A stretch of DNA of 36,459 nt, from positions 1 through 36,459 of the forward strand of contig MNUP01000147.1 in NCBI GenBank assembly GCA_001871075.1. Direction: 5' to 3'. Source of the DNA: Candidatus Desantisbacteria bacterium CG1_02_49_89 (GTDB lineage Bacteria; Desantisbacteria; UBA1551). Below the pieces are notes generated by a model, which ran no database searches, was not told the origin of the DNA, and saw only the letters and a program-made list of their open reading frames with translations. Made by a program: the position numbers and the translations under genes. Shown here piece after piece: positions 8,111 through 17,496 of the stretch (its first letter is position 1; the number at the start of each line of letters is the position of its first letter).

Positions 8111-8854
8111 TTAAACAGCGCCGAACCGCCTTTCTCTTTCCTGGTAGGCAATGATGGCTTCTGTAAGGTGGCGCGGCGTGAAATCAGGCCAGTAAACCGG
8201 GGTAATAAGGATCTCCGCATAAGCCACCTGCCAGAGGAGGAAATTGCTTATGCGCATCTCACCGCCCGTTCGTATCAGGAGGTCAAGGTCCGGAAGACCT
8301 GCTGTGTAAAGGTGTTTCCCGAATTCATTCTCGCTTATCCCGGAAGGGTCCATTCCGCCGGCCGACACCTTTTCGCATATACTCTTGAGCGCATCCAGGA
8401 TCTCCGTCCTTCCCCCGTAATTTATGGCAAGGTTCATTATCAGGCCGGTATTGTCTTCCAGGGACCCCATTGACTCCGAAAGACTGTCCAGCACGCTTTT
8501 CGGAAGGCCGGACCTGCGCCCTATCCAGCCCATCCTGACATTGTTCCTGTCCAGCTCCGGGACTTCCCTTAAAAGGTATTTCGCTATCAGTTCCATCAGG
8601 CCCGCTACCTCGGTTTTCGGGCGCGTCCAGTTCTCGGTTGAAAAAACATATAGTGTGAGAACTTTTACCTCCGGAAGCAGGTTGCCGGTGAAACGGACTA
8701 TCTCCCTTACGCGATCGACTCCCTTTTTATGGCCCGCGATCCTCGGTAAACCCTTTTCTTTTGCCCACCTGCCGTTGCCATCCATAATAATGGCAATGTG
8801 CCCGGGCATTTTTTTCCTGTTCAGTTTTTTTAACAGTTCTTCTGTTCTTTCCAT
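8111..8854 (-). CDS. uppS: Undecaprenyl diphosphate synthase
   Basis: HIAIIMDGNGRWA, FSTENW.RP, NYGGR, DLLIRTGGEMRISNFLLWQ. Confidence 0.96.
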   Translation of the reverse strand: MERTEELLKKLNRKKMPGHIAIIMDGNGRWAKEKGLPRIAGHKKGVDRVREIVRFTGNLLPEVKVLTLYVFSTENWTRPKTEVAGLMELIAKYLLREVPELDRNNVRMGWIGRRSGLPKSVLDSLSESMGSLEDNTGLIMNLAINYGGRTEILDALKSICEKVSAGGMDPSGISENEFGKHLYTAGLPDLDLLIRTGGEMRISNFLLWQVAYAEILITPVYWPDFTPRHLTEAIIAYQERERRFGAV

Positions 8855-8869
8855 TTTATTTCAAATAAT

Positions 8870-8945
8870 GATTACGGTGATTTTTAACCGCGATTACGGT
8901 GATATTTAAATAATCACTGTAATCATATTTGTAATCACTGTAATC
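8870..8945. repeat. GATTACRGTGAT inverted-arm element (complete 2+2 copy)
   Basis: GATTACGGTGAT at 8870 and 8892; ATCACTGTAATC at 8913 and 8934. Confidence 0.9.
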
Positions 8946-8952
8946 GTCTTTA

Positions 8953-9510
8953 TCAGACCTGCATGATTTCTTTTTCCTTGGCTTCCGCTATTTTGTCTAT
9001 TTCGACTGAGAATTCCGCCGTGATCTTTTGTATCTTTTCCTGTGCGGCCCTCTCGTCATCCTCGGAAATTTTACTTTCGTCTTTCAGCTTTTTCACGGTA
9101 TCGTTCACTTCCCTTCTGACGTTCCTCAGGGCCACCCTTCCTTCTTCCGCCTTCTTTTTTATGATCTTTGAAAATTCCTGCCTTCTCTCGGTGCTCAGGG
9201 GCGGTATGGTTATCCGCAATACGTTGCCGTCCTTTATCGGCGTCAACCCCAGGTCTGAGGCCTGTATCGCCTTTTCAACGTTCTGAAGGATACTTTTATC
9301 CCAGGGCTGTAATATCATCTGGTGGGGATCAGGTATGTTTATTGTCGCAACCTGGTTGAGCGGCATGGATGTATTGTAACAGTTCACTTTGATTTTTTCA
9401 AGCAGGATAATGGAAGCTCTCCCTGTCCTTATGGACGCAAAATCGCTCCGCAGGACCTCTGATACCGCGGTCATTTTGTCCCTTGTGTTTTTATACACGG
9501 CTTCAAGCAT
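8953..9510 (-). CDS. frr: Ribosome recycling factor
   Basis: IRTGRAS, IPPLSTERR, GRVALRNVRR, KEKEIM; GGAGG before ATG 9510. Confidence 0.95.
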   Translation of the reverse strand: MLEAVYKNTRDKMTAVSEVLRSDFASIRTGRASIILLEKIKVNCYNTSMPLNQVATINIPDPHQMILQPWDKSILQNVEKAIQASDLGLTPIKDGNVLRITIPPLSTERRQEFSKIIKKKAEEGRVALRNVRREVNDTVKKLKDESKISEDDERAAQEKIQKITAEFSVEIDKIAEAKEKEIMQV

Positions 9511-9533
9511 ACCATCCTCCCGGTGCTCTTCTT

Positions 9534-10238
9534 TCAGCACACAACAGTTCCGACACTCTCGCCTTTCATGATACTTTCCAGGCTTCCCTTTTTACCGAGA
9601 TTGAACACTATCACGGGCAGTTTGTTTTCCATGCAGAGAGATATCGCGGTGCTGTCCATGACCTTCAACCCTCTGTCGAGAATATCTATATACCTTATTT
9701 TTTTAAACCGCACGGCCCGCGGGTTCCTGACCGGATCATCCGAATAGACGCCGTCAACCTTGGTTGCCTTCAGCAGGACCTGAGACCCGATCTCTATCGC
9801 CCTGAGCGCAGCCGCGGTATCCGTAGTAAAATAGGGGTTTCCGGTCCCCGCCGCGAAAATAACAACCCTTCCTTTTTCCATGTGCCTTATTGCCCGGCGG
9901 CGTATGTAGGGCTCCGCGATCCTCTCCATCCCTATCGCGGACTGGACCCTCGTAGCCACGTTGATCCTCTCAAGCGCATTCTGCAGAGCGAGAGAATTTA
10001 TTACCGTGGCGAGCATCCCCATATAATCAGCCGTGGTCCGGTCAATGCCGCTTGCCGTTCCAGTGAAACCGCGGAATATATTCCCGCCGCCTATGACGAC
10101 GGCGATCCTTACTCCCTTTTTCTTGACATTTTTTATCTGCCGGGCGATGGACTGCACCTGCACCGGATTTATGCCGAACTCCCTGAAACCCGAAAGTGCT
10201 TCACCGCTGAGCTTTAACAGTATATTCCTGTAACGCAT
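9534..10238 (-). CDS. pyrH: UMP kinase
   Basis: [35 protein letters not shown]. Confidence 0.97.
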   Translation of the reverse strand: MRYRNILLKLSGEALSGFREFGINPVQVQSIARQIKNVKKKGVRIAVVIGGGNIFRGFTGTASGIDRTTADYMGMLATVINSLALQNALERINVATRVQSAIGMERIAEPYIRRRAIRHMEKGRVVIFAAGTGNPYFTTDTAAALRAIEIGSQVLLKATKVDGVYSDDPVRNPRAVRFKKIRYIDILDRGLKVMDSTAISLCMENKLPVIVFNLGKKGSLESIMKGESVGTVVC

Positions 10239-10244
10239 CTTTTA

Positions 10245-10772
10245 TTATTCCCCCACTTTGTACCTTATGAATCTCTTGACCACGATGTTCTCGCCCAGCT
10301 TGCTCATCGCCTCCTTGATAAGATCCCTGATGGTGACAGCACCGTCTCTGATGGAAGGCTGTTCAAGCAGACAGCTTGTTTTATAGAAATCTTCTCTTTC
10401 GTTCTCGGGAATCTTTGCAACCGCATCAGGAGATACGTTTTCGCGCGCAACGCAAAGCGGCGAACATGCTACTATCTGCATAGTTATTTCCTTTGCCAGT
10501 GCCTTGAAGATCTCGTTCTTTGCCACGAAATCCGTTTCGCAGTTTATCTCGACAAGCGCACCGGCTTTGCCGTCATGATGGATGTAGGACGCAACTGTTC
10601 CCTGGTTTGCGCTGCGCGACTCAAGCCGCTGTGCCTTGGCAAAACCTTTTTCCTTGAGTATGACCCTTGCCTTTTCGGTATCCCCGCCGCATTCCTTCAG
10701 AACCTTACGACAATCCAATATCGGAGCGCCCGTGGATTTCCTCAGTTCCTTTATCGCATCGCCCTCGTTCAT
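10245..10772 (-). CDS. tsf: Elongation factor Ts (short form)
   Basis: [32 protein letters not shown]; 175 aa. Confidence 0.95.
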   Translation of the reverse strand: MNEGDAIKELRKSTGAPILDCRKVLKECGGDTEKARVILKEKGFAKAQRLESRSANQGTVASYIHHDGKAGALVEINCETDFVAKNEIFKALAKEITMQIVACSPLCVARENVSPDAVAKIPENEREDFYKTSCLLEQPSIRDGAVTIRDLIKEAMSKLGENIVVKRFIRYKVGE

Positions 10773-11644
10773 TCAGTTCCTCCCGTGTTCCCGCCATCCT
10801 GTTCCCCGCCGCTGCCTTCTGCTACTGTGCCCTCTTCCTGCGCAACGGTCTTTTCCTGCACGGTGCCCTCTTCCTGCGCAACGGTCTTTTCCTGCGCAAC
10901 GGCTTCTTCCTGCACGGCACCCTCCATCTGCTGTTCTACCGGAGGAACTTCCTCTTTTTTGGCAAGACCCCTGCCTTCCATCACCGCCTCTGCTATCTGG
11001 TTCACGAAAAGATTTAAGCCGCGTATGGCATCATCGTTGCCCGGTATACAATACGTAACAAGGTTGGGGTCGCAGTTCGTGTCTACAACTGCCACAACCG
11101 GGATACCAAGTTTTTTCGCTTCTTTGATCGCTATACCTTCCTTCTTCAGGTCTACCATAAAAATAATATCCGGAAGTTTTTCCATTTCGCGTATTCCCTC
11201 AAAAACCGCGCCGAGGGCGTCTTTTTCCTTTTTCAGCTTCTTGACCTCGCCCTTAGGAAGGACCTCGAACCTGCCGTCCTTCTCCATCGTCTCAAGCTCC
11301 CTCAGCCTTTCTATGTTCTTCCTGATGGTCTTGAAGTTCGTCAGCATGCCCCCGAGCCATCTTTCCTTAACAAAAAAAGCATTGCACCTTGTTGCCTCGT
11401 TCTTTATGATCTCCTGCGCCTGTTTCTTTGTGCCGACAAACAGTATGGTATTGCCCTTCGCGACGGAATCGCGCACAAACTCATACGCCTCCTTGAACTT
11501 TTTCATCGTTTTCTGAAGGTCTATGACGTGGATGCCGTTTCTCTGGGAAAAAATATACTGCTTCATTTTGGGATGCCACTGGTCCGTCTGGTGGCCGAAA
11601 TGAACTCCCGCCTCCAGGAGCTGCTTGATGTTTATTGATAACAT
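10769..11644 (-). CDS. rpsB: 30S ribosomal protein S2 with acidic repeat tail
   Basis: [41 protein letters not shown]. Confidence 0.97.
   Translation of the reverse strand: MLSINIKQLLEAGVHFGHQTDQWHPKMKQYIFSQRNGIHVIDLQKTMKKFKEAYEFVRDSVAKGNTILFVGTKKQAQEIIKNEATRCNAFFVKERWLGGMLTNFKTIRKNIERLRELETMEKDGRFEVLPKGEVKKLKKEKDALGAVFEGIREMEKLPDIIFMVDLKKEGIAIKEAKKLGIPVVAVVDTNCDPNLVTYCIPGNDDAIRGLNLFVNQIAEAVMEGRGLAKKEEVPPVEQQMEGAVQEEAVAQEKTVAQEEGTVQEKTVAQEEGTVAEGSGGEQDGGNTGGTE
10827..10924. repeat. 36-bp tandem repeat in the rpsB tail
   Basis: GTGCCCTCTTCCTGCGCAACGGTCTTTTCCTGC at 10827 and 10863 plus degenerate subunits; encodes [12 protein letters not shown]-type repeats. Confidence 0.9.
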
Positions 11645-11666
11645 AACCTCCTCCTTTTTTAATTAC

Positions 11667-11700
11667 GATTACAGTGATTTTCAAATGAGATTACAGTGAT
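11667..11700. repeat. GATTACRGTGAT element (half copy)
   Basis: GATTACAGTGAT at 11667 and 11689 (22-bp period). Confidence 0.85.
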
Positions 11701-11727
11701 TATAGACGAATTTCGTTGTAAAACTAT

Positions 11728-12657
11728 TTATTTGCCGGTACTGCCCTTAAGAAAATCTTCTATTAAATAACTCAATTCGGTTACAACAGTGTCCGTTCCC
11801 CTGCCGGATGCATCGATCCAGTTAATGCGCCTGTCTTTGCGGAACCACGTCATCTGCCTTTTCGCGTAACGCCTTGTGTTCATTTTAAAAAGCCTTGTCA
11901 TTTCGTCAAAAGTATATTTCCCGTTGATGAATCCCAGTGCCTCTTTGTATCCAAGCCCGTCCATGGCTTTGAGCTTTCCGTCATAGCCCCTTGCAGCCAG
12001 CCCCCTGACCTCCTCTACCAGGCCGCTTTTAAGCATCTCGCCGCAGCGCCTGTTTATCCTTTCATAGAGCTCAGCGGCGGGGAATCTTATCCCGAGCATC
12101 AAAACGCGGTACTGCGGCTTCTTCGTCTTTTTCTGAAAATACGATATGGGCTTGCGGGTCAGCTCAAAAACCTCCAAAGCCCTTACGGTCCTGCGGCTGT
12201 CATTAGGGCTGATCTTCTCCGCAGCTTCGGGGTCCACCTTTGCCAGTTCTTCGTGCAGCGCTCTGATCCCGGCTGATTCCGCTCTTGCCAATAATTTCTT
12301 TCTTATCACTTCATCTGCCGGCGGCGCCTCGCAAAGCCCGTCGATAAAAACCTTGATATACAGACCCGACCCTCCGACTACAAAAGGAATTTTCCCTTCC
12401 CTGTAAATAGCCCCGGCTGCATTCTCGGCCAGCCGCACGAAATCAGCGGCGGTAAACGCCTCGTCCGGGTCAGCCACATCTATCAGGCGGTGTTCTTTCT
12501 TCCGCAGGGGCTTTCCGGTCCCTATGTCCATGAACCTGTAAATCTGCCTTGAATCGGCGGAAATTATTTCAAGCGGAAATTTCTTTATGAGTTCAAGGGC
12601 CAGTTCCGTCTTGCCTGAAGCAGTGGGCCCTACCAGCACAATAAGCGGCTTTTGCAT
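11728..12657 (-). CDS. miaA: tRNA dimethylallyltransferase
   Basis: GPTASGKT, IISADSRQIY, VVGGSGLY, TRRYAKRQMTWF. Confidence 0.96.
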   Translation of the reverse strand: MQKPLIVLVGPTASGKTELALELIKKFPLEIISADSRQIYRFMDIGTGKPLRKKEHRLIDVADPDEAFTAADFVRLAENAAGAIYREGKIPFVVGGSGLYIKVFIDGLCEAPPADEVIRKKLLARAESAGIRALHEELAKVDPEAAEKISPNDSRRTVRALEVFELTRKPISYFQKKTKKPQYRVLMLGIRFPAAELYERINRRCGEMLKSGLVEEVRGLAARGYDGKLKAMDGLGYKEALGFINGKYTFDEMTRLFKMNTRRYAKRQMTWFRKDRRINWIDASGRGTDTVVTELSYLIEDFLKGSTGK

Positions 12658-12678
12658 ATAAATTGTCCATTGCGAAAT

Positions 12679-12870
12679 CTACTTCATTTTTATCGCTTCG
12701 TTAGGGCAGGCTTCCGCGCATTTCCCGCACCCGTCGCAGGATTGCGGCTTGGTAAGCGTAGCCACGTCATTTACGAGCTCCAGGACCTTGTTGGGGCATT
12801 CGTCAACACATATCCCGCACCCGGTGCACTGTTCCTTGTCGATCTCAGGTTTCTTTTTCTCCTCAGCCAT
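12679..12870 (-). CDS. 2x[4Fe-4S] ferredoxin
   Basis: Two CxxCxxCxxxCP motifs in 63 aa; GGGAGG upstream. Confidence 0.93.
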   Translation of the reverse strand: MAEEKKKPEIDKEQCTGCGICVDECPNKVLELVNDVATLTKPQSCDGCGKCAEACPNEAIKMK

Positions 12871-12900
12871 TTTTCTCTTTCCTCCCTTCCTTTAAAATAT

Positions 12901-13036
12901 AATTACGGTGATTTCTAACTGCCGATTACGGTGATTATAACAAAGGAACCACTGTAACCATCTGTTCAGTAACAAGTATCAAGTTTCAAACTCTGACTCT
13001 CTGATACGGCGTTTACCCGCCAATCTTGCTGGGCGG
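12901..13036. repeat. GATTACRGTGAT element plus heptamer remnant plus GC hairpin
   Basis: Arms at 12901, 12924 and 12948; AGTAACA-AGTATCA-AGTTTCA at about 12968-12988; CCCGCCA-N7-TGGCGGG at 13016-13036. Confidence 0.8.
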
Positions 13037-13040
13037 GACG

Positions 13041-14135
13041 CTATGACACTGTTTCTATGATGCCGCCGCCGATCACAACGTCTTTTTTGTAGATAACCGC
13101 TGACTGGCCTGGCGTTATGGCCCTCTGCGGTTTTTCGAAAACTATCCTTAATTTCCCCCCGCCTGCCGGCGAAACAGTTGCCGGGCTCTGCCTGTGCCTG
13201 TACCTTATTTTTACGTCCGCCTTCATCGGGCCGGGGATCCTGGCTGTTGAAACAAAGTTGACGGCGCCAGCTATGAATTCCCTGCCGTAAAGCTCTTCTT
13301 CTTTGCCTGCCACTATCGTATTCGACCCCTGATCGATGGAAACAACGTAAAGCGGCTGTCCTGCGGAGATCCCCATGCCTTTTCTCTGGCCGATCGTGTA
13401 GAAAGCCAGCCCTTTGTGCCTTCCTATGATCCTGCCCCCGGTATCTTTAAGCGGACCCGGCTTTATGCTGCCCGAAACGTTTTCCTTGAGGAATTCCCTG
13501 TAGTTATTTCCGGGTATAAAACATATTTCCTGGCTTTCAGGCCTGCCCGCGACCGGAAGCGATCTTGCGGCAGCTATCCTGCGCACTTCTTTTTTTGTAA
13601 GACTGCCCAGCGGGAAGATCGCGCGCCCCAGCTGTTCCTGGGACAGCACGTAAAGCACGTACGACTGGTCTTTTGCCGGGTCTTTCCCCTTCCTCAGCAC
13701 CCACCTGCCGGCCCTGGCGTTGTATTCCGCCATCGCGTAATGCCCTGTGGCTATATAACCGGCGCCAAGCCCTGCCGCCTTCTCCATCAGCGCGCCAAAT
13801 TTTACGCGCCTGTTGCATTCAACGCAGGGATTGGGCGTCCTGCCCGACATGTATTCCCTGGTGAAATTATCAATGACCGTTTCCCTGAAAATATTCCTGA
13901 AGTTTATTATGTAATGCGGTATATGCAGAATGGCGGCAACGCGCCTGGCATCTTCAAAAGCGGAGACCGGACAGCACGCACCGGACTTTTCACGCGCTCC
14001 CCCGCGCCCTGTCTTCGGCAAGACCTGCATCGTTATGCCTATTACTTCGAAACCCTCATCTTTCAGCAGTGCTGCCGCGACGGACGAATCAACCCCGCCG
14101 CTCATCGCAACGACCACGCGTTTCTTCTTTTTCAT
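13041..14135 (-). CDS. mnmA: tRNA 2-thiouridylase MnmA (CxxC type)
   Basis: AMSGGVDSS, TPNPCVECN, ATGHYA, KDQSY, SQEICF, YTIGQRKG, TPGQ. Real start at ATG 14135, overlapping the rseC-like stop. Confidence 0.95.
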   Translation of the reverse strand: MKKKKRVVVAMSGGVDSSVAAALLKDEGFEVIGITMQVLPKTGRGGAREKSGACCPVSAFEDARRVAAILHIPHYIINFRNIFRETVIDNFTREYMSGRTPNPCVECNRRVKFGALMEKAAGLGAGYIATGHYAMAEYNARAGRWVLRKGKDPAKDQSYVLYVLSQEQLGRAIFPLGSLTKKEVRRIAAARSLPVAGRPESQEICFIPGNNYREFLKENVSGSIKPGPLKDTGGRIIGRHKGLAFYTIGQRKGMGISAGQPLYVVSIDQGSNTIVAGKEEELYGREFIAGAVNFVSTARIPGPMKADVKIRYRHRQSPATVSPAGGGKLRIVFEKPQRAITPGQSAVIYKKDVVIGGGIIETVS

Positions 14136-14545
14136 CACTTTACGACTTCTTTTACCACGGGTATGAATTTCCTGAAATATCCGGGCTTTCTGCCCAGAAC
14201 CCATATCAGGAAAAATGAAAACCCGAGTGCTGAAATTCCCACCGCTATCGCAAGGTTCTGACTGCCGCCGAACCACTGCGTAAGACCGCCAGCGACCAGA
14301 AGCGCGGCAACCGGAACTATATAGATCAGGAATGCACCTGCAAAAATGACCCCTGAACCGATCTCTATCTCTACCGTATCCCCTGGCTTTGCGCCCGCCC
14401 TGTTTATCGCCTCTATCTGCCTGGACCCGCCTGTTGCCGTCCTGCAGAAGCTCTCGGACGGGCATTCGCGGCAAACCTCTTTCTGCGCCACTTCTACTTT
14501 CGCCATATTGCCGTTTATTTCTATCACTCTGCCTGTTTCTTTCAT
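14135..14545 (-). CDS. RseC/MucC family membrane protein
   Basis: M.E.G.V, CxxCxxxxxC, GD.V.I, Y..P followed by two hydrophobic helices. Confidence 0.85.
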   Translation of the reverse strand: MKETGRVIEINGNMAKVEVAQKEVCRECPSESFCRTATGGSRQIEAINRAGAKPGDTVEIEIGSGVIFAGAFLIYIVPVAALLVAGGLTQWFGGSQNLAIAVGISALGFSFFLIWVLGRKPGYFRKFIPVVKEVVK

Positions 14546-14546
14546 G

Positions 14547-15113
14547 TCATCCGCACAATCCCGAACCCAGCTTAAACGCGTCCCTGATGGCTGATGGATA
14601 TTTCGTTATCGCGCCCTTCGAATCGATGCCCGGTAAAAACAGGTCCGCGTCGTATGTGATGTCAAGCGTTATAAAAAAAGCCTTTATGGTCAAAGATGCT
14701 GCCTGGAAGAAATCCGTTTTTTTCCCGCCGCAGACCGAGATGAAAACACCTCTGCGGTTTGTTTTCGCGGAAAACGCCTGCTTCAGTATGTATTTCCTGA
14801 CCCAAAGGCACTGGCACCTGTCTATCATCGCCTTCAGGTTGGCGGTTACCCCGCCGAAAAAAATCGGCGAAGCAACGATGAAGTGGTCCGCGTCCCGCAG
14901 CTTCGGGTATACTGCCTGCATGCCGTCATCAACCACGCATTTTCCGGTGTTGTCGCACCCACCGCATTCCCTGCAGGGGTTGATCTTCAGACCTGGTATA
15001 AAAAGAAGTTCCGTATCGGCTCCTGCTTCTGCCGCACCCTTCAGAGCTTCCTGCAGGAGCGCGCAGGTATTGCCTTCCTGCCTCGGGCTCCCCGCTATTC
15101 CAAGCACCTTCAT
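14547..15113 (-). CDS. Flavodoxin-fold iron-sulfur flavoprotein (NADPH-dependent FMN reductase family)
   Basis: GIAGSPR..GNT, CxxCxxCxxxxxC, SPIFF..V...LKA.IDR. Start at ATG 15113; the upstream extension is repeat-derived. Confidence 0.88.
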   Translation of the reverse strand: MKVLGIAGSPRQEGNTCALLQEALKGAAEAGADTELLFIPGLKINPCRECGGCDNTGKCVVDDGMQAVYPKLRDADHFIVASPIFFGGVTANLKAMIDRCQCLWVRKYILKQAFSAKTNRRGVFISVCGGKKTDFFQAASLTIKAFFITLDITYDADLFLPGIDSKGAITKYPSAIRDAFKLGSGLCG

Positions 15114-15137
15114 TTTTTCCTCGTTACACTCGGAAGT

Positions 15138-15212
15138 GATTACGGTGATTATCAACTTATGATTACGGTGATTAAAATAATCACTGCAATCTCTTTAATA
15201 ATCACTGTAATC
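15138..15212. repeat. GATTACRGTGAT inverted-arm element (complete 2+2 copy)
   Basis: Arms at 15138, 15161, 15180 and 15201. Confidence 0.9.
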
Positions 15213-15216
15213 ATTT

Positions 15217-17316
15217 TTAAAAAGGACAAATTGTGCCCGGGCAACCGCCGGCATACTCGGCATCCGCGCTGACATATTCCCCGCCGGCATCATTCGGCTG
15301 CAGTCCGGTATAAAGGACCTGCTGGCTCCTGCTTCCGTACCTGTATGCGGTGATCCCCTTGCATTTCAAAGCGTAGGCCGCAGTGAATATCCCGCGCACG
15401 TCCTCAGGACTTGCTTCACGGCTCAGGTTTACTGTCTTGGAAACAGCGTTGTCCGTGTATTTCTGAAAAGCCGCCTGTATCCTGACGTGCCATTCAGGCT
15501 CTATGTCCAGGGCGGTCACAAAAAGCCTGCGGACATCAGGCGGCACCTGCTGGTTGTCTTTGACAGTGCCACTGCGCGCTATCTCACCCATCAGCTCCTT
15601 GCTGTAAAAACCTTTCTTATTCGCTGTTTCCTCAAAAAGCTGGTCCACCTCCAGAAGCTTCATGCCCTCCATAACGCTGCGCGCGTATGATACGGCAAAA
15701 AGCGGCTCTATTCCTGAAGAACACCCGGCTATTATGCTTATCGAACCGGTGGGCGCCACGGTTGTCAGGGTGGCGTTGCGCATCCTGCGGTAATCTTTCT
15801 TTTTCCATATGCTTGCTGGAAAATTGGGAAATGAGCCGCGTTCCTCGGCAAGCCTCTGAGATTCATCTCTTGCGGCTTCCCTTATAAACTTTATGATCTT
15901 GCCTGCAAAAGAAACCGCTTCCTCTGAATTATAAGGTATGCCCAGCTTTATCAGCACCTCGGCAAAACCCATGACCCCGAGCCCTATCTTCCTGTTGGAC
16001 CTTGTGATTTTTTCTATGATCGGAATGGGGAACCTGGTCACGTCTATCACATTGTCAAGGAAATGGACCCCCAGATGCACGATCTTCCTCAGTTTCTCCC
16101 AGTTGGGCTTTCCATCCTCAACGATCCTGGAAAGGTTTATTGAACCAAGGTTACAGGACTCATAAGGCAGGAGCGGCTGTTCCCCGCAGGGATTTGTTGC
16201 TTCTATCTCTCCGGCCGCAGGCGTTGGATTATGACGGTTTATCTCATCTATGAAAAGCAGCCCCGGATCACCGGTCCTCCATGCCATGTTCACTATCAGG
16301 TCAAGGACCGTCCTGGCAGGCAGTTCCCTTACAATCCTGCCGTTCCGGGGGTTGATAAGGCTGTAGACGGCTCCCTTTTCCGCCGCGTTCATGAAATCGT
16401 CGGTAACCGCAACAGAAAGATTGAAATTATCAAATACGTGCTCTTTGTCCTTCGCCGTTATGAAATCAATTATGTCCGGATGGCTGACAGAAAGCACCGC
16501 CATGTTCGCCCCGCGCCTTCTGCCGCCCTGCTTCACTACATCAGTGGCAGCGTCAAAAACCTTCATGAATGAAACCGGCCCTGACGCAATACCGCCCGTT
16601 GACTGGACCGTGTCCCCTGCAGGGCGGAGGCGCGAAAAGGAAAAGCCCGTTCCGCCGCCCGACTGGTGGACTACAGCCATTTCCTTTACTGCCCGGAATA
16701 TGCCTTCTATCGAATCTTCCACCGGTATCACGAAACAGGCTGACAGCTGTCCTGTCTGGGTTCCCGCGTTCATCAGAGTCGGGGAATTTGGCAGGAATTC
16801 CAGGTTGGCCATGAGCCTGAAAAATTCATCTTCTATCTTTGCCCTTTCGCCGTGGCTGTATTTCTTTTCAGCCTCTGCAACGGCCCTGGCTACCCGCCTG
16901 AACATCTGAGCAGGCGTCTCAAGGACATTGCCCCTGGGATCACGCGCAAGGTATCTTTTCTTAAGAACCCGGATCGCATTGACCGAAAGCTTGAGGTCGT
17001 CTGTAACCCCCAGTACCTGCTTTGCCTCCCTGAGCTCGCTGCGCCTGTATCTGTAAAGGATATATGATTTTGCCACTTCCGGATACCCGTGTCTTATCAA
17101 TACTTCCTCTACCATATCCTGTATGTCCTCAACCGTAGGGATCTTTTTTGTAAAGCGATTTTCGCATAAAGCCATAGCTTCCTGGGTAAGGTCTTTCGCG
17201 AGCCTTGCGTCCCCCCTTCCCTGAGAGGAAAGAGCCTTAAAAATCGCTGTTGCGATCTTGGTAGGCTCAAACCGTGCTATCGACCCGTCGCGTTTGTATA
17301 TTTTCTCTGTTTTCAT
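15217..17316 (-). CDS. nrdJ: Adenosylcobalamin-dependent (class II) ribonucleoside-diphosphate reductase with ATP cone
   Basis: N-terminal KRDG ATP cone, PNSPTLMNAG, LSACFV, TNPCGEQPL, CNLGSINL, APTGSISI, C-terminal Cys pair. Confidence 0.92.
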   Translation of the reverse strand: MKTEKIYKRDGSIARFEPTKIATAIFKALSSQGRGDARLAKDLTQEAMALCENRFTKKIPTVEDIQDMVEEVLIRHGYPEVAKSYILYRYRRSELREAKQVLGVTDDLKLSVNAIRVLKKRYLARDPRGNVLETPAQMFRRVARAVAEAEKKYSHGERAKIEDEFFRLMANLEFLPNSPTLMNAGTQTGQLSACFVIPVEDSIEGIFRAVKEMAVVHQSGGGTGFSFSRLRPAGDTVQSTGGIASGPVSFMKVFDAATDVVKQGGRRRGANMAVLSVSHPDIIDFITAKDKEHVFDNFNLSVAVTDDFMNAAEKGAVYSLINPRNGRIVRELPARTVLDLIVNMAWRTGDPGLLFIDEINRHNPTPAAGEIEATNPCGEQPLLPYESCNLGSINLSRIVEDGKPNWEKLRKIVHLGVHFLDNVIDVTRFPIPIIEKITRSNRKIGLGVMGFAEVLIKLGIPYNSEEAVSFAGKIIKFIREAARDESQRLAEERGSFPNFPASIWKKKDYRRMRNATLTTVAPTGSISIIAGCSSGIEPLFAVSYARSVMEGMKLLEVDQLFEETANKKGFYSKELMGEIARSGTVKDNQQVPPDVRRLFVTALDIEPEWHVRIQAAFQKYTDNAVSKTVNLSREASPEDVRGIFTAAYALKCKGITAYRYGSRSQQVLYTGLQPNDAGGEYVSADAEYAGGCPGTICPF

Positions 17317-17326
17317 TTTTTACCTA

Positions 17327-17496
17327 AACCACACGATTACACACGATTTGCACCAGACAACAGCAAAACTGTCGTTGCGAACAAAGTGAAGCAATCTCGC
17401 ATTTGGATTGCTTCGTCATTTCATTCTCCGAAGGAGTCTGCATGACTCTTCGGACAATGACATTTCTTGTGAAAATCTTGTGGAATCGTGTGGTTA
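17327..17496. mobile_element. MITE-like palindromic element, copy 2 (inverted relative to 1319-1470)
   Basis: AACCACACGATT...AATCGTGTGGTT termini; internal GTCGTTGCGA..GAAGCAATC..GATTGCTTC..CAATGAC; inserted hairpin 17427-17454. Confidence 0.7.

Noticed and set aside
14136-14474. 113-aa N-terminal extension of MnmA in the ORF track
   Set aside because: It is an alternative frame of the rseC-like gene. MnmA similarity starts at ATG 14135, which is coupled to the upstream stop.
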